Made by a program: the position numbers and the translations under genes. A DNA stretch of 64,000 bases, from NCBI GenBank assembly GCA_964517845.1, contig CAZFCQ010000006.1:13817-77816 (forward strand). The letters are read 5' to 3'. The number at the start of each line of letters is the position of its first letter. The stretch's first letter is position 1. Positions 33,001-43,059 of the stretch are shown here, one piece after another. Source of the DNA: an uncultured Thermoprotei archaeon. Lineage in GTDB: Archaea > Thermoproteota > Thermoprotei > QMSL01 > B3-G16. The notes under the pieces were generated by a model that saw only the letters and a program-made list of their open reading frames with translations, was not told the origin of the DNA and searched no databases.

Positions 33001-36000
33001 ATGGTACATGCGATATTCCTCAATGCATGCCCGAATTGCGGGGGCGAGATTACTGATGATAGGCTCCTTCTAGCACTTCCTTGTCATAATTGTCTACCTG
33101 AAGATATAGCACAGAGACTTATTAAAGAATATGCAAGCTCTCCTCCTCTTATTTTTAAATCAAAAATACTTGAAGTACTTAAAGAGCTAAATAACGCTAA
33201 GAATTATGAAGAGGTAATTAAGCTTGATGAAGAGCTTAAAGAATTAGAACAATTGTTTAATAAGATAACAGGTAGCCGTTTATGGAGCGCTCAGAGGACT
33301 TGGGCAAAGAGAGTTCTTAAAGGTAAGAGTTTCGCTATTATAGCTCCTACAGGAGTTGGTAAGACAATGTTCGGCTCGATAATGTCAATATACTTAGCTT
33401 CAAAGAACAAAAAGTGCTATATCCTTTTACCCACTACTGTGCTTGTAAAACAGGTCTTTGAGAGAGTAAAAGAATTCATCAAACGTGCAGAAATTAACAT
33501 AGGAGTATTAGCATATCACCCTAAGATCCTTAGGGAGGAAGGTAAATCTATCTTTTTTGAAAAATTAGAATCTGGTGATTTTGATATATTAATTACTACT
33601 TCTCAATTTTTAGCACGAAATTTTGAACGATTAAAAAATCTACGCTTTGATTTCATATTTGTTGATGATGTTGATGCATTGTTAAAATCCTCAAGAAATA
33701 TTGATAGAGTCCTTATTCTCTTAGGAATACCTGAAAATTTAATAGAGAAAGGGTTAGAATTGATACGTTTGAGAAGAAGGATCCCTATCTTTATAGCATT
33801 AACCAAGCAGAATGAATCGTATAGGGAGCAATTAGATGAAATTGTTAGGAAAGTTAAGGAAATAGGAGAAGAAATCAGACAAAGTATAAGCAGGTATAAA
33901 GTAGGAGTATTAGTGGTTTCTAGTGCTACTGGAAGGGCTAAAGGCCTAAGGGTGCGACTCTTTAGAGAGCTACTAGGTTTTGAAGCAGGTGCACGTTCTG
34001 AGTTTATAAGGAATATACAAGACATATATTATAGTCCTAAAGAGGATCTAATGAATGCTACCCTAAAGATAATAAAGAGATTCGGTACAGGTGGAGTGGT
34101 CTTCATTCCTATTGATAAAGGAAGTGAATATGCAAAGGAATTATGTGAGTTTCTTAAGAAACATGAAATAAATGCAGAAGTACTTCTTGCTAGTAAAAAG
34201 GGAGATCAAATCGAACGCTTTCTTGCAGGTGAATTAGATGTGCTCATAGGCATAGCTACTTACTATGGCCTACTAGTACGAGGACTTGATCTACCTCAAA
34301 GAATTCGTTATGCTGTATTTGTGGGTGTACCTAAGCTCAGATTTAGTTTAGAAACTAAAGAAGCTCATCCATTTAGAATAGCTTCTCTCCTCTTTGACTT
34401 GAGAGAATACTTAGAGGGTAAGGAACGTGAAGATGTCGATAGGCTTTTTGTACGTATGATGCGCTACTTAAGGGAATTATCTCCCTCACGGATAGCTGAG
34501 ATAAGACGAGCTATAGAAGAGGGAAAGAAGCTTGAAGGAACTTTAGGAAAAATACAACAACTATTTGAAGAAGGCTATAAGAAGGTACGAGAATTACTTG
34601 AACGTGAAGACATACGAAGAAAACTAAGTGCAAGTCCATATATATTATTAGAGGAAGTTAATGGTACTTTGAGAGTAATCGTTCCTGACACTATGACTTA
34701 TATTCAAGCTAGTGGACGGACTTCAAGAATGTTTGCTGGTGGCATTTCTAAAGGAGCATCTATTGTAATAATTGATAATGAGAAGGTGTTTGAAGGGTTA
34801 GTCAGAAAAACCCGTTGGTTCATAGAGGACATCTCATGGAGGCCTTTAGAGGAGATTGATATAGACTCTTTAATAAAAGAGATAGATAGAGATAGAGAGA
34901 CTATCAGAAGTCTAATGGAGGGGAAACTTAGAGTTCAATTTAAGGATCCTGTTAAAAGTGCATTACTAATCGTTGAGTCACCTAGCAAAGCCAGAACTAT
35001 AGCTAATTTCTTTGGTAGACCTTCAATAAGAAGAATAGGAAGATATGTAGTCTATGAGACGAGTACTGGCGCTTACATGCTTTCTATAATTGCAAGTGGA
35101 GGCCATATATTCGATCTAGTTCTTACATCTGAAGATTTCTATGGTACTAGAATTATTGAAGACCGTTTCATACCTGTTTATTCAACCATAAGGCGCTGTC
35201 TAAAATGTGGAGAACAATTTGTAGGCCTTGATAAATGCCCCCTGTGTAAATCAGAAGAATTCTATGATAAGGTTGAAGTAGTCGATATACTAAAGGATCT
35301 AGCAAGAGAGGTAGACATAGTTCTTATAGGTACAGATCCCGATACTGAGGGAGAGAAGATCGGCTGGGATATAGCTACTGTAATAAGACCTTATACAAAC
35401 TATATAAAGCGTATAGAGTTTCATGAGATAACTAAGCGAGCAATACTTGAAGCCCTTGAACATCCTAGGGATATAAATGAAAAATTAGTAGAAGCTCAAA
35501 TAGTTAGAAGACTTGAAGATAGATGGATAGGCTTTGCTTTAAGTGAAGAACTATGGGAAGCTTTTGAGAATAGACGTCTTTCAGCAGGAAGAGTTCAAAC
35601 ACCCGTACTTGGGTGGATCATTAAACGTTATGAAGAGCATAAGAAAAGTGTAAAAGATTTCATATATCTAACATTAGAGAATGGTTTAAGATTAGTACTT
35701 GAAAATCCGCCAATAGAGGGTAATGTTAGAGCATTTCTAGATGAGCTAAAAGAAAAAGAATGCACAGTAGTGAATACTGAAACCTATGAAGATAGAATAA
35801 ACCCTCCCCCTCCATTTACGACAGATGCACTACTAAGAGAAGCAAGCTTTAGACTCGGCATTGACGTTATGAAGACAATGAGCATAGCTCAAGATCTGTT
35901 TGAGTTCGGTTTAATAACATATCATAGAACTGATAGTACTCGTGTATCCTCTGTAGGGAAAGCTATAGCAAAAGAATACATAAGCGAAAACATAGCTCCT

Positions 36001-36723
36001 GAATACTATCAAAGTAGAGACTGGGGAGTTGGAGGAGCACATGAGTGTATCAGACCTACCAGACCATTAGATACTGATAAGCTAAGCCAGCTAGTACGTG
36101 ATGGAATAATAAGAACCCCAAGGCCACTTACGTGGCTTCATTATAGAGTTTATGATATGATTTTTAGGCGCTTTCTGGCCAGTCAGATGAAACCAGCAAA
36201 AGTCATTAAACTTAAAGCTATTTTGGATATTGCTGGAATTAGGAAAGAGATCGAAGGTATTGTTGATATAACCTATGACGGATTTACTAAGGTATATCCT
36301 ATAGAAGAAAGTATCTTTATACCTAAGATGAAGACGGGAGATAGTTATCGTATAATTGAAGCCTCACATGCTAAACGACCTAGCATTATACTATTTAGTC
36401 AAGGTGATATAGTACAGCTTATGAAACAAAGAGGTATTGGTAGACCATCTACTTATGCTAAGATTGTACAAACACTACTCGAACGACGATATGTAATCGA
36501 GTCACAGAAAAGACGTAGGCTTATCCCTACGAAGCTTGGAATTCAGGTCTACAAGTACCTTTCAAGTAATTATAAAGATCTAGTTTCTGAGGAGCGTACA
36601 CGCAAATTAGAAAAGCTTATGGACATAGTGGAGTTAGGTAAAGCAGATTATCAGAAAATAATCAAGGAGCTTTACTATGAAGTAAAGACTGCAGTAAAGA
36701 TTCAGAGAAGAAATAATGCTTAA
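33001..36723 (+). CDS. rgy: Reverse gyrase
   Basis: 1240 aa; N-terminal zinc finger CPNCGG...CHNC, SF2 helicase Walker A APTGVGKT and DDVD box, Toprim ESPSKART, topo IA catalytic Tyr region ITYHRTDSTRVS. Confidence 0.95.
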   Translation: MVHAIFLNACPNCGGEITDDRLLLALPCHNCLPEDIAQRLIKEYASSPPLIFKSKILEVLKELNNAKNYEEVIKLDEELKELEQLFNKITGSRLWSAQRTWAKRVLKGKSFAIIAPTGVGKTMFGSIMSIYLASKNKKCYILLPTTVLVKQVFERVKEFIKRAEINIGVLAYHPKILREEGKSIFFEKLESGDFDILITTSQFLARNFERLKNLRFDFIFVDDVDALLKSSRNIDRVLILLGIPENLIEKGLELIRLRRRIPIFIALTKQNESYREQLDEIVRKVKEIGEEIRQSISRYKVGVLVVSSATGRAKGLRVRLFRELLGFEAGARSEFIRNIQDIYYSPKEDLMNATLKIIKRFGTGGVVFIPIDKGSEYAKELCEFLKKHEINAEVLLASKKGDQIERFLAGELDVLIGIATYYGLLVRGLDLPQRIRYAVFVGVPKLRFSLETKEAHPFRIASLLFDLREYLEGKEREDVDRLFVRMMRYLRELSPSRIAEIRRAIEEGKKLEGTLGKIQQLFEEGYKKVRELLEREDIRRKLSASPYILLEEVNGTLRVIVPDTMTYIQASGRTSRMFAGGISKGASIVIIDNEKVFEGLVRKTRWFIEDISWRPLEEIDIDSLIKEIDRDRETIRSLMEGKLRVQFKDPVKSALLIVESPSKARTIANFFGRPSIRRIGRYVVYETSTGAYMLSIIASGGHIFDLVLTSEDFYGTRIIEDRFIPVYSTIRRCLKCGEQFVGLDKCPLCKSEEFYDKVEVVDILKDLAREVDIVLIGTDPDTEGEKIGWDIATVIRPYTNYIKRIEFHEITKRAILEALEHPRDINEKLVEAQIVRRLEDRWIGFALSEELWEAFENRRLSAGRVQTPVLGWIIKRYEEHKKSVKDFIYLTLENGLRLVLENPPIEGNVRAFLDELKEKECTVVNTETYEDRINPPPPFTTDALLREASFRLGIDVMKTMSIAQDLFEFGLITYHRTDSTRVSSVGKAIAKEYISENIAPEYYQSRDWGVGGAHECIRPTRPLDTDKLSQLVRDGIIRTPRPLTWLHYRVYDMIFRRFLASQMKPAKVIKLKAILDIAGIRKEIEGIVDITYDGFTKVYPIEESIFIPKMKTGDSYRIIEASHAKRPSIILFSQGDIVQLMKQRGIGRPSTYAKIVQTLLERRYVIESQKRRRLIPTKLGIQVYKYLSSNYKDLVSEERTRKLEKLMDIVELGKADYQKIIKELYYEVKTAVKIQRRNNA

Positions 36724-36758
36724 TTATCTAGACTCTTAAGTACTACATGGTGTGAAAC

Positions 36759-37217
36759 ATGTTCGACTTTTCTGAAGAATTTAGAAGACTACAACGAGAT
36801 ATTTCACGATTAATGAGTGATTTAGAGAGATTATTTGAAACCCTTGGTTCCCGTACCATATTCCGTCTCCCACCAAGGGTAAGTATAGTAAGAGGTGTTA
36901 GAGAGCCTTTAGCTGATGTCTATGAGACAGAGGATAAATACGTAGTTGTAATGGAAATTCCCGGTGTTCCCAAAGACAAGATAGAATTAAATGTCACTAA
37001 TAATACTGTTGAAGTAAAGGGAAAAGTTAAAGAGATTAGCATAAAGGAAGGACGTTTTATAGTTAAAGAGCGTGACTATACTGCATTCAGCAGAATAATA
37101 CACTTACCAGAAAGAGTGAATCCTAAAGAAGCTAAAGCTAAGTACGAAGATGGACTTCTAGTAATCGAACTACCTAAAGCAGAAGTCCCAAAGAAAGTTT
37201 CTATTGAAATAGAATAA
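36759..37217 (+). CDS. Hsp20/alpha-crystallin family small heat shock protein
   Basis: 152 aa; alpha-crystallin domain (ADVYETEDKYVVVMEIPGV...) and C-terminal I-E-I motif. Confidence 0.85.
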   Translation: MFDFSEEFRRLQRDISRLMSDLERLFETLGSRTIFRLPPRVSIVRGVREPLADVYETEDKYVVVMEIPGVPKDKIELNVTNNTVEVKGKVKEISIKEGRFIVKERDYTAFSRIIHLPERVNPKEAKAKYEDGLLVIELPKAEVPKKVSIEIE

Positions 37218-37237
37218 GAATAGGGAGCTGATGAAAT

Positions 37238-38080
37238 ATGTTCGTCGCAGTAAGAGATCATCCTATAGTAGTAGCTTATGATGGACTATTAAGAGGTTTA
37301 AAAGATTTAAGCGTAAGTAGCTTTGAGCTCTTCTTAAGTAGAGATCTAAGAACCCTTTTAGGATTTGATCTTTCTTCTGATGACTATATAAAAGAGTTAA
37401 AGAATTTCCTTGAGGATAACAACCTCTCAATTTGTGCTATCTTACTTGAAAATGACTTCTCAAGATTTCCTCTTGCTAAGGAGATAAAATATATTCTCAA
37501 TGCAGCTAAAATAGCTGAAAAGTTGGATGTCCTAGTATTAAGAATAAACCCTCCTATGAGAGAGATTCCTGGCTATACCCTTAGGGACTACATTGAACTC
37601 TCCTCCAAGGGTATACTGGAAGTCCTAAAGGAAAACTCGTATATTCACTTAGCTATTGAAAATCATGGCTTAATAGGTAATAATAAGGAATATGTAAGTA
37701 AATTACTAAGTGAAATCACAGATGAACGCTTCGGGGTAACATTGGATACTGGAAATTACTATTGGTATGGTTATCCTCTAGAGGAGCTTTATAGAATTTA
37801 TGAAATGGTAGCTCCTCGTGTTAAACATACGCACATTAAAGACGCTACTACAGATAAAAAGCATAGCCTACGTAGACCTAGAGAAGTAAGAATGACCCCC
37901 ATAGGTAAGGGTGATATAGATTTTAAACAAGTTCTTAGAATACTATCTAAGGCTGGCTATAAGGGTGATTTAACTTTAGAGGATGAATCTGTAAGTCCTA
38001 GAAAGGAGAAAGAACTTTGTAGAAAATTATTTAAGGAGGATATAGAATTCCTTAAAAGAATCATAAGGGAGCTCAGCTGA
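37238..38080 (+). CDS. Sugar phosphate isomerase/epimerase (xylose isomerase-like TIM barrel)
   Basis: 280 aa; LAIENHG, HTHIKD motifs; third paralog in the window. Confidence 0.65.
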   Translation: MFVAVRDHPIVVAYDGLLRGLKDLSVSSFELFLSRDLRTLLGFDLSSDDYIKELKNFLEDNNLSICAILLENDFSRFPLAKEIKYILNAAKIAEKLDVLVLRINPPMREIPGYTLRDYIELSSKGILEVLKENSYIHLAIENHGLIGNNKEYVSKLLSEITDERFGVTLDTGNYYWYGYPLEELYRIYEMVAPRVKHTHIKDATTDKKHSLRRPREVRMTPIGKGDIDFKQVLRILSKAGYKGDLTLEDESVSPRKEKELCRKLFKEDIEFLKRIIRELS

Positions 38081-38258
38081 GAGAAGGTTGCATCATCAGA
38101 TCAGCCAGTATGCCCTCTCTTCATAGCACTAATATTCAATACACAATTTTTTTAAATAAACATAATTCCTTGAGTTGTTACAATAAAGACCTAACGACTT
38201 TTATAAATGTAGGAGTTTCATATAGGCTTTCATTCTTTACTCCTTAGACTGCACAATT

Positions 38259-38780
38259 TTAGCGATCTTCTTGCTCTTTCTGAACACCTAACTCTCTGTT
38301 AATTACTTCAATATTAGCCTTTAACTTAGAATAAGTTTCTTTAAGAGCTTCAGGTATTACTTTCGTATTACCCAATACAGGCATGAAGTTCGTATCACCA
38401 TGCCACCTAGGTACTATGTGCATGTGAACATGCTCTTCAATACCAGCACCTGCTGCTCTTCCTATATTAAATCCTACATTAAATCCATCTGGATTTAATG
38501 TCTTTCTGAGTAGTTTTATCGAAGCCCTAGTTAATAGTCCCATCTCAAAAATTTCATTATTATTCATATCTTCAATACTAGAAACATGCCTGTAAGGCGC
38601 TATCATTAAATGACCATTATTATAAGGGAAGAGGTTTAGTATTATGAAGCAATATCTACCACGATATAGTATTAGGTTTCTCTCATCATTATTCTCCCTA
38701 GGCTTTACACAGAAGATACACTCTTTAGGTTTCTCCATAAGTATGTACTCTATTCTCCAAGGTGCCCAAAGTTGCTTCAT
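38259..38780 (-). CDS. HIT family nucleotide hydrolase/transferase (GalT-like HIT with N-terminal CxxC)
   Basis: 173 aa; CIFC zinc motif and histidine triad HVHMHIVPR. Confidence 0.75.
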   Translation of the reverse strand: MKQLWAPWRIEYILMEKPKECIFCVKPRENNDERNLILYRGRYCFIILNLFPYNNGHLMIAPYRHVSSIEDMNNNEIFEMGLLTRASIKLLRKTLNPDGFNVGFNIGRAAGAGIEEHVHMHIVPRWHGDTNFMPVLGNTKVIPEALKETYSKLKANIEVINRELGVQKEQEDR

Positions 38781-38967
38781 TCAATCACCGTAATTCATTA
38801 ACTGTATTGCTATACGAGTTGATATAATTAATTCTCTTTTTCTTATTGTCCATCTAAGCTAGGGTACCTCTTTTCGTATTATAAATCTCTATGCTCTTTA
38901 CTACGCTTGTTATAAAATATAAAAGCTCTTCAAGGAGTTAGTTCAATAGAACAGTCAAATAGAACTG

Positions 38968-40059
38968 GTGCTTTACATGCTTAAAGCAGATATTCTTGTA
39001 AAAACTCCTAAGGGCTTAGAAGAAGTGGCATCCAAACGTATTATGGAAATACCCGGACTTAAAGCTATAAGTAAGCCTTACGGTTTTTCTGGTATAGTTC
39101 TCGTTCAATGTCATAATATTAAAAAGGAAGAGGCGCTCAACAGAATACTGAAGGAAGTTCCTGAGGCTGAAAAGGCGCTCCCAATCTATGCTATAGCTAG
39201 ATCTGAATTAAACGAAATAATTACTACATGTGCTAAGGTGGCATGTGGTGTAGTATCTAGTAATGAGACATTTGCTGTAAGAACAACACGACGTGGGTCA
39301 CACACTTTTACAAGTATAGATGTCAATGTTCAGGCAGGTGCCCAGATACAAAAGGTTACAGGAGCTGGTGTTGACTTAGAAGTCCCAGACAAGATAGTAT
39401 GGATTGAGATTCTACAGGATACTGCTTTCATAAGTATAACTGGTAGAGAAGTCCAATGGAAGAAATTATGGCCAGGAAAGCCTTATGTACTTCCTATAAT
39501 GAGAGCTATCTCTATAGTTCAAATGCCTTATTTAGGCCCTTTTGAAGCTGCTAAATCTATCGGTGCACGTATAGGACGTGCTATTCAGACCTTCGAAATA
39601 AGCGAATTGATAATAGCACCAAAAGAGAAGATTTCTGCTATAGAATTCTATGCTTTCCTGAGCGGAATTTTCGAAGGTATCTCTTCACGATACGAAATCC
39701 AAAAGAGAAGTTATGGACGTGAAGTTCGCAAAGTTCCTGTGTACATACAGGATTTATATCAACTAGTCAGAGAAAGAGCAGGAGAGAACCTCATTGTAAC
39801 CTCTACGAGAGGGATACCTATTTCTCAGGCAATTGGAAAGATAGTTGAAATGATTAATGAGGGACAGGTCACAATATTGGTAGGAGCTAGAGAAGGTATA
39901 CCTACAGGAATATTCAGATTTGCAGATCTAGTACTTGATCTAGCTCCAGGAATCACTCTTCCGACGGATTATGCTGCTTCATCAGCTTTAATAGCTTTAA
40001 TAACTATCTTAGATCAGGCTAAGGTATTCCCTAAGTGGAAGAAAAGAAGGAGAGCATAA
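38968..40059 (+). CDS. THUMP-domain/SPOUT-class RNA methyltransferase fusion (probable tRNA modification enzyme)
   Basis: 363 aa; N-terminal ferredoxin-like plus THUMP region (FAVRTTRRGSHTFTS), C-terminal SPOUT knot motifs (LIVTSTRGIP ... ILVGAREGIP). Confidence 0.6.
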   Translation: MLYMLKADILVKTPKGLEEVASKRIMEIPGLKAISKPYGFSGIVLVQCHNIKKEEALNRILKEVPEAEKALPIYAIARSELNEIITTCAKVACGVVSSNETFAVRTTRRGSHTFTSIDVNVQAGAQIQKVTGAGVDLEVPDKIVWIEILQDTAFISITGREVQWKKLWPGKPYVLPIMRAISIVQMPYLGPFEAAKSIGARIGRAIQTFEISELIIAPKEKISAIEFYAFLSGIFEGISSRYEIQKRSYGREVRKVPVYIQDLYQLVRERAGENLIVTSTRGIPISQAIGKIVEMINEGQVTILVGAREGIPTGIFRFADLVLDLAPGITLPTDYAASSALIALITILDQAKVFPKWKKRRRA

Positions 40060-40562
40060 AAATGAGAAGTTAAGTTCAATATATCTTGGGATGATGAGGG
40101 AGGTTTCATATGACTTAATGAAGATGCATGGCTTTACTGACCATCCGACAAAAAGCCTTATCAATGAAAATCCATAATATAGCCTTTAGTCTCCTTTAAT
40201 CCCTTTGAGGGTTATTAAAGGATTTAAAAGACTATACTTAAGGAGCTACTGATTACGACAATAACATATAACTGGCTTTATTAAGTTAAATGCAAGTACT
40301 CATGGATACTACATGATGATATAGGAAAGCTTATTCTTAGGAGAATAAACCCTGAATATTCGGTGTTTTTCTCTTGGATGGTTTATGTAATGTTAAGCTA
40401 ATAGTATATATCGTCAATAAGACTCTATTTAGACCACTCATATCCCTTTCACTAACAGATATCATGATATCCATCGAAGAAAATTCAAAGCACTTCCTTA
40501 TATAAGAATTCTACAGGCTTCATTTAGAGCATAGAGGTTAATTAATATCAGAAATACTTAAT

Positions 40563-41540
40563 ATGACGAACTTGCCTTCAATTAAAGAATCCTTAAGGGA
40601 GGTGTGTCTTTGTCTTGAATATAGGAAGTTTGTTAAGCTAGATTGGTACGTCTCTGTATTTGGATTTGGTGCTATGCGATTACCGGTGATTGGAGAAGAC
40701 AGAAGTAAAATCAATGAGCCTGAAGCTATCAGAATGATAAGATTTGCGATAGATCATGGTGTGAACTATATAGATACCGCTTATACGTATCATGGTGGAA
40801 ATAGCGAGATTCTGGTAGGAAAAGCTTTAAAGGATGGTTATCGTGAGAAGGTAAGAATTGCAACTAAGATGCCTGTTGGCTTGGTCAAAACTAAGGAAGA
40901 CCTTGATAGGATCTTCGAGGAGCAGTTAAGAAGATTACAGGTAGATTATATAGATTTCTATCTCATGCATGCTCTTAATAGGGAGAGGTAGCATAAGACT
41001 CTAGATCTAAATATACTTGACTGGGCTGAGAAGCAAGTGGATGAGGGGAGAATAGGATACATCAGTTTCAGCTTTCATGATGAGTTCGAAGTCTTTAAGG
41101 AGGTAATCGATGGCTATAAGGGATGGACCTTCTGTCAGATTCAATATAATTTCATGGATATAGAGAGTAGTAAGAGAACTCCTGGAGTAATGGGGCTTAA
41201 ATACGCAGCATCAAAGGGTCTCGCTATCGTGATCATGGAACCCCTGAAAGGAGGTTTACTCGCCCTTCCGCCTCCACCCAAGGTTAAAGCTATATGGGAA
41301 GAAGCAGAAGTTGAAAGATCGCAAGTAGAATGGGCTTTACTATGGGTTTGGAATCATCCTGAGGTGTCAGTCGCATTAAGTGGCATGAGTACCATGGAAC
41401 AAGTAGTTGAGAACGTAAAGATTGCTGAATATTCGTGTCCTAATATACTTACTGAAGAAGAACTGAAAATACCACAAGGCTTACCGATTCGTACTCTTCT
41501 TGCAAGAGCATCAAATGCCTTTAAGAGATGGGCTACTTAA
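40563..41540 (+). pseudogene. Aldo/keto reductase interrupted by a single in-frame TAG (40989-40991)
   Basis: ORFs 40563..40991 and 41037..41540 are in the same frame. Joined translation ...DFYLMHALNRER*HKTLDLNILDWAEKQVDEGRIGYISFSFHD is a continuous AKR sequence (N-terminal GFGAMRL, DTAYTYHGG; C-terminal IGvSnf-like). Confidence 0.7.
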
Positions 41541-41757
41541 ATCTCTTCATCTAGGGAGATTCTCGTTTCAATAACTTAGGATCACTGATTAGCTCCTTTA
41601 TTAACTTTAGCTTAATGAATTAAAAAGTAAGTGAAACCTATAATGCTAGATGTGATCATCTAAGACTGTAGAAGTAAGAGGGAAAATATGATAAATAGAT
41701 AAAGGGATAAATTAGTAGCCTACAAAAACTGCAGTATGATGATTTACTGGGGATTTC

Positions 41758-42834
41758 ATGAATTCCCGTGAAAGATGTTTAAGGTCCATAAAGCATGAGG
41801 AAGTAGACAGAGTACCGCTTATATTAAGAATTAGACCAGAACCTTGGCTTAAACTTAAGCGTTATCTGGGTGTGGTGGATAACGAAAGGGTTTATCGATG
41901 GCTCGGAATAGACGTTCGGGGAACTGGAATAGGGCTGAAGGGAGGTTATGAAGTGAAAGGAGCAAAGTATGGAGAACGAGGATGGATCGTTAAAGAAGAA
42001 TCTGAGTTCCAGATTGAACAGAATATATTTGGATACCGCTTGGTATTCCATAGGCCACATACTCATACGTTTACTTACATTTATCATCCGTTACAGCATA
42101 TGGATCTCGATGAGTACGAGTGGCCTGAAGTACGAGAAGAGGACTTTGATAAGGTGGTAAGGCTCAGGAGGAAATACGAGGATTTCTGCTTATATGGTGG
42201 AGTCACTCACATGTGGGAAATCGCCTGGAAGCTTACTGGCTTCAACGAGATGATGAAGATGCTGTTCACTAGACCTAAGGAGGTAGAGGTTATACTAGAT
42301 AATTTACATCGAATACGTATGCAACAGGCGAAGCTCTTATGCGAAGCTGGTGTAGATGTAATTTACGATGGTGATGATGTAGGAATGCAGAAAGGTATGA
42401 TGATATCACCTACCATGTGGAGGCGTTTCCTGAAACCGCGATATGCAGAGTTGGTGTCGTTATGTCATAGTCATGGTGTCTTTTTCCTTTTTCATAGTGA
42501 TGGGTGGATCGAGCCTATAATTCAAGACTTAATCGAAATAGGAGTTGATATTCTTAATCCTGTCCAACCTGAGTGTATGAATCCAGCCAAGATACATGCA
42601 AAGTATGGTGATGAGTTATGTTTTGATGGTACCTTATCAGTGCAAAAAACCATTCCCTTTGGAAGTGTTGAGGATGTGATAAGGGAGGTTAAGGAGAGAA
42701 TAGAGACTATAGGCTATACAGGACTTATTCTAGGTCCAAGCCATGCTATACAACCAGAAGCTCCGGTTGAGAACATAATAGCCATATATGTCGCCGCTAA
42801 GAAGTATGGTAGAAATCCAAGCTTTAGGCATTGA
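41758..42834 (+). CDS. Uroporphyrinogen decarboxylase (URO-D) family protein (MtaA/CmuA-like)
   Basis: 358 aa; URO-D-like N-terminus (RERCLRSIKHEEVDRVPL) and conserved DD-G region. Confidence 0.65.
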   Translation: MNSRERCLRSIKHEEVDRVPLILRIRPEPWLKLKRYLGVVDNERVYRWLGIDVRGTGIGLKGGYEVKGAKYGERGWIVKEESEFQIEQNIFGYRLVFHRPHTHTFTYIYHPLQHMDLDEYEWPEVREEDFDKVVRLRRKYEDFCLYGGVTHMWEIAWKLTGFNEMMKMLFTRPKEVEVILDNLHRIRMQQAKLLCEAGVDVIYDGDDVGMQKGMMISPTMWRRFLKPRYAELVSLCHSHGVFFLFHSDGWIEPIIQDLIEIGVDILNPVQPECMNPAKIHAKYGDELCFDGTLSVQKTIPFGSVEDVIREVKERIETIGYTGLILGPSHAIQPEAPVENIIAIYVAAKKYGRNPSFRH

Positions 42835-43059
42835 GAAAGAACAAGTAAAAAGCAAACCTTTTGCTGATGAAATCATATGCTAATTCCTAGCTTTATGCTT
42901 AATGATACTTTAAAATACACCATGATTCTAGGGCGGAAGAAGGCACCTATGATGTTCATATAAATGGTATTCATAAGGCGCTAAATTTTGGGATCTTTAT
43001 AAAAAGGTTTGCTTACGGATATATGGAGTAACATGGCCTTTCTGGCCTCTCTATCGTGA

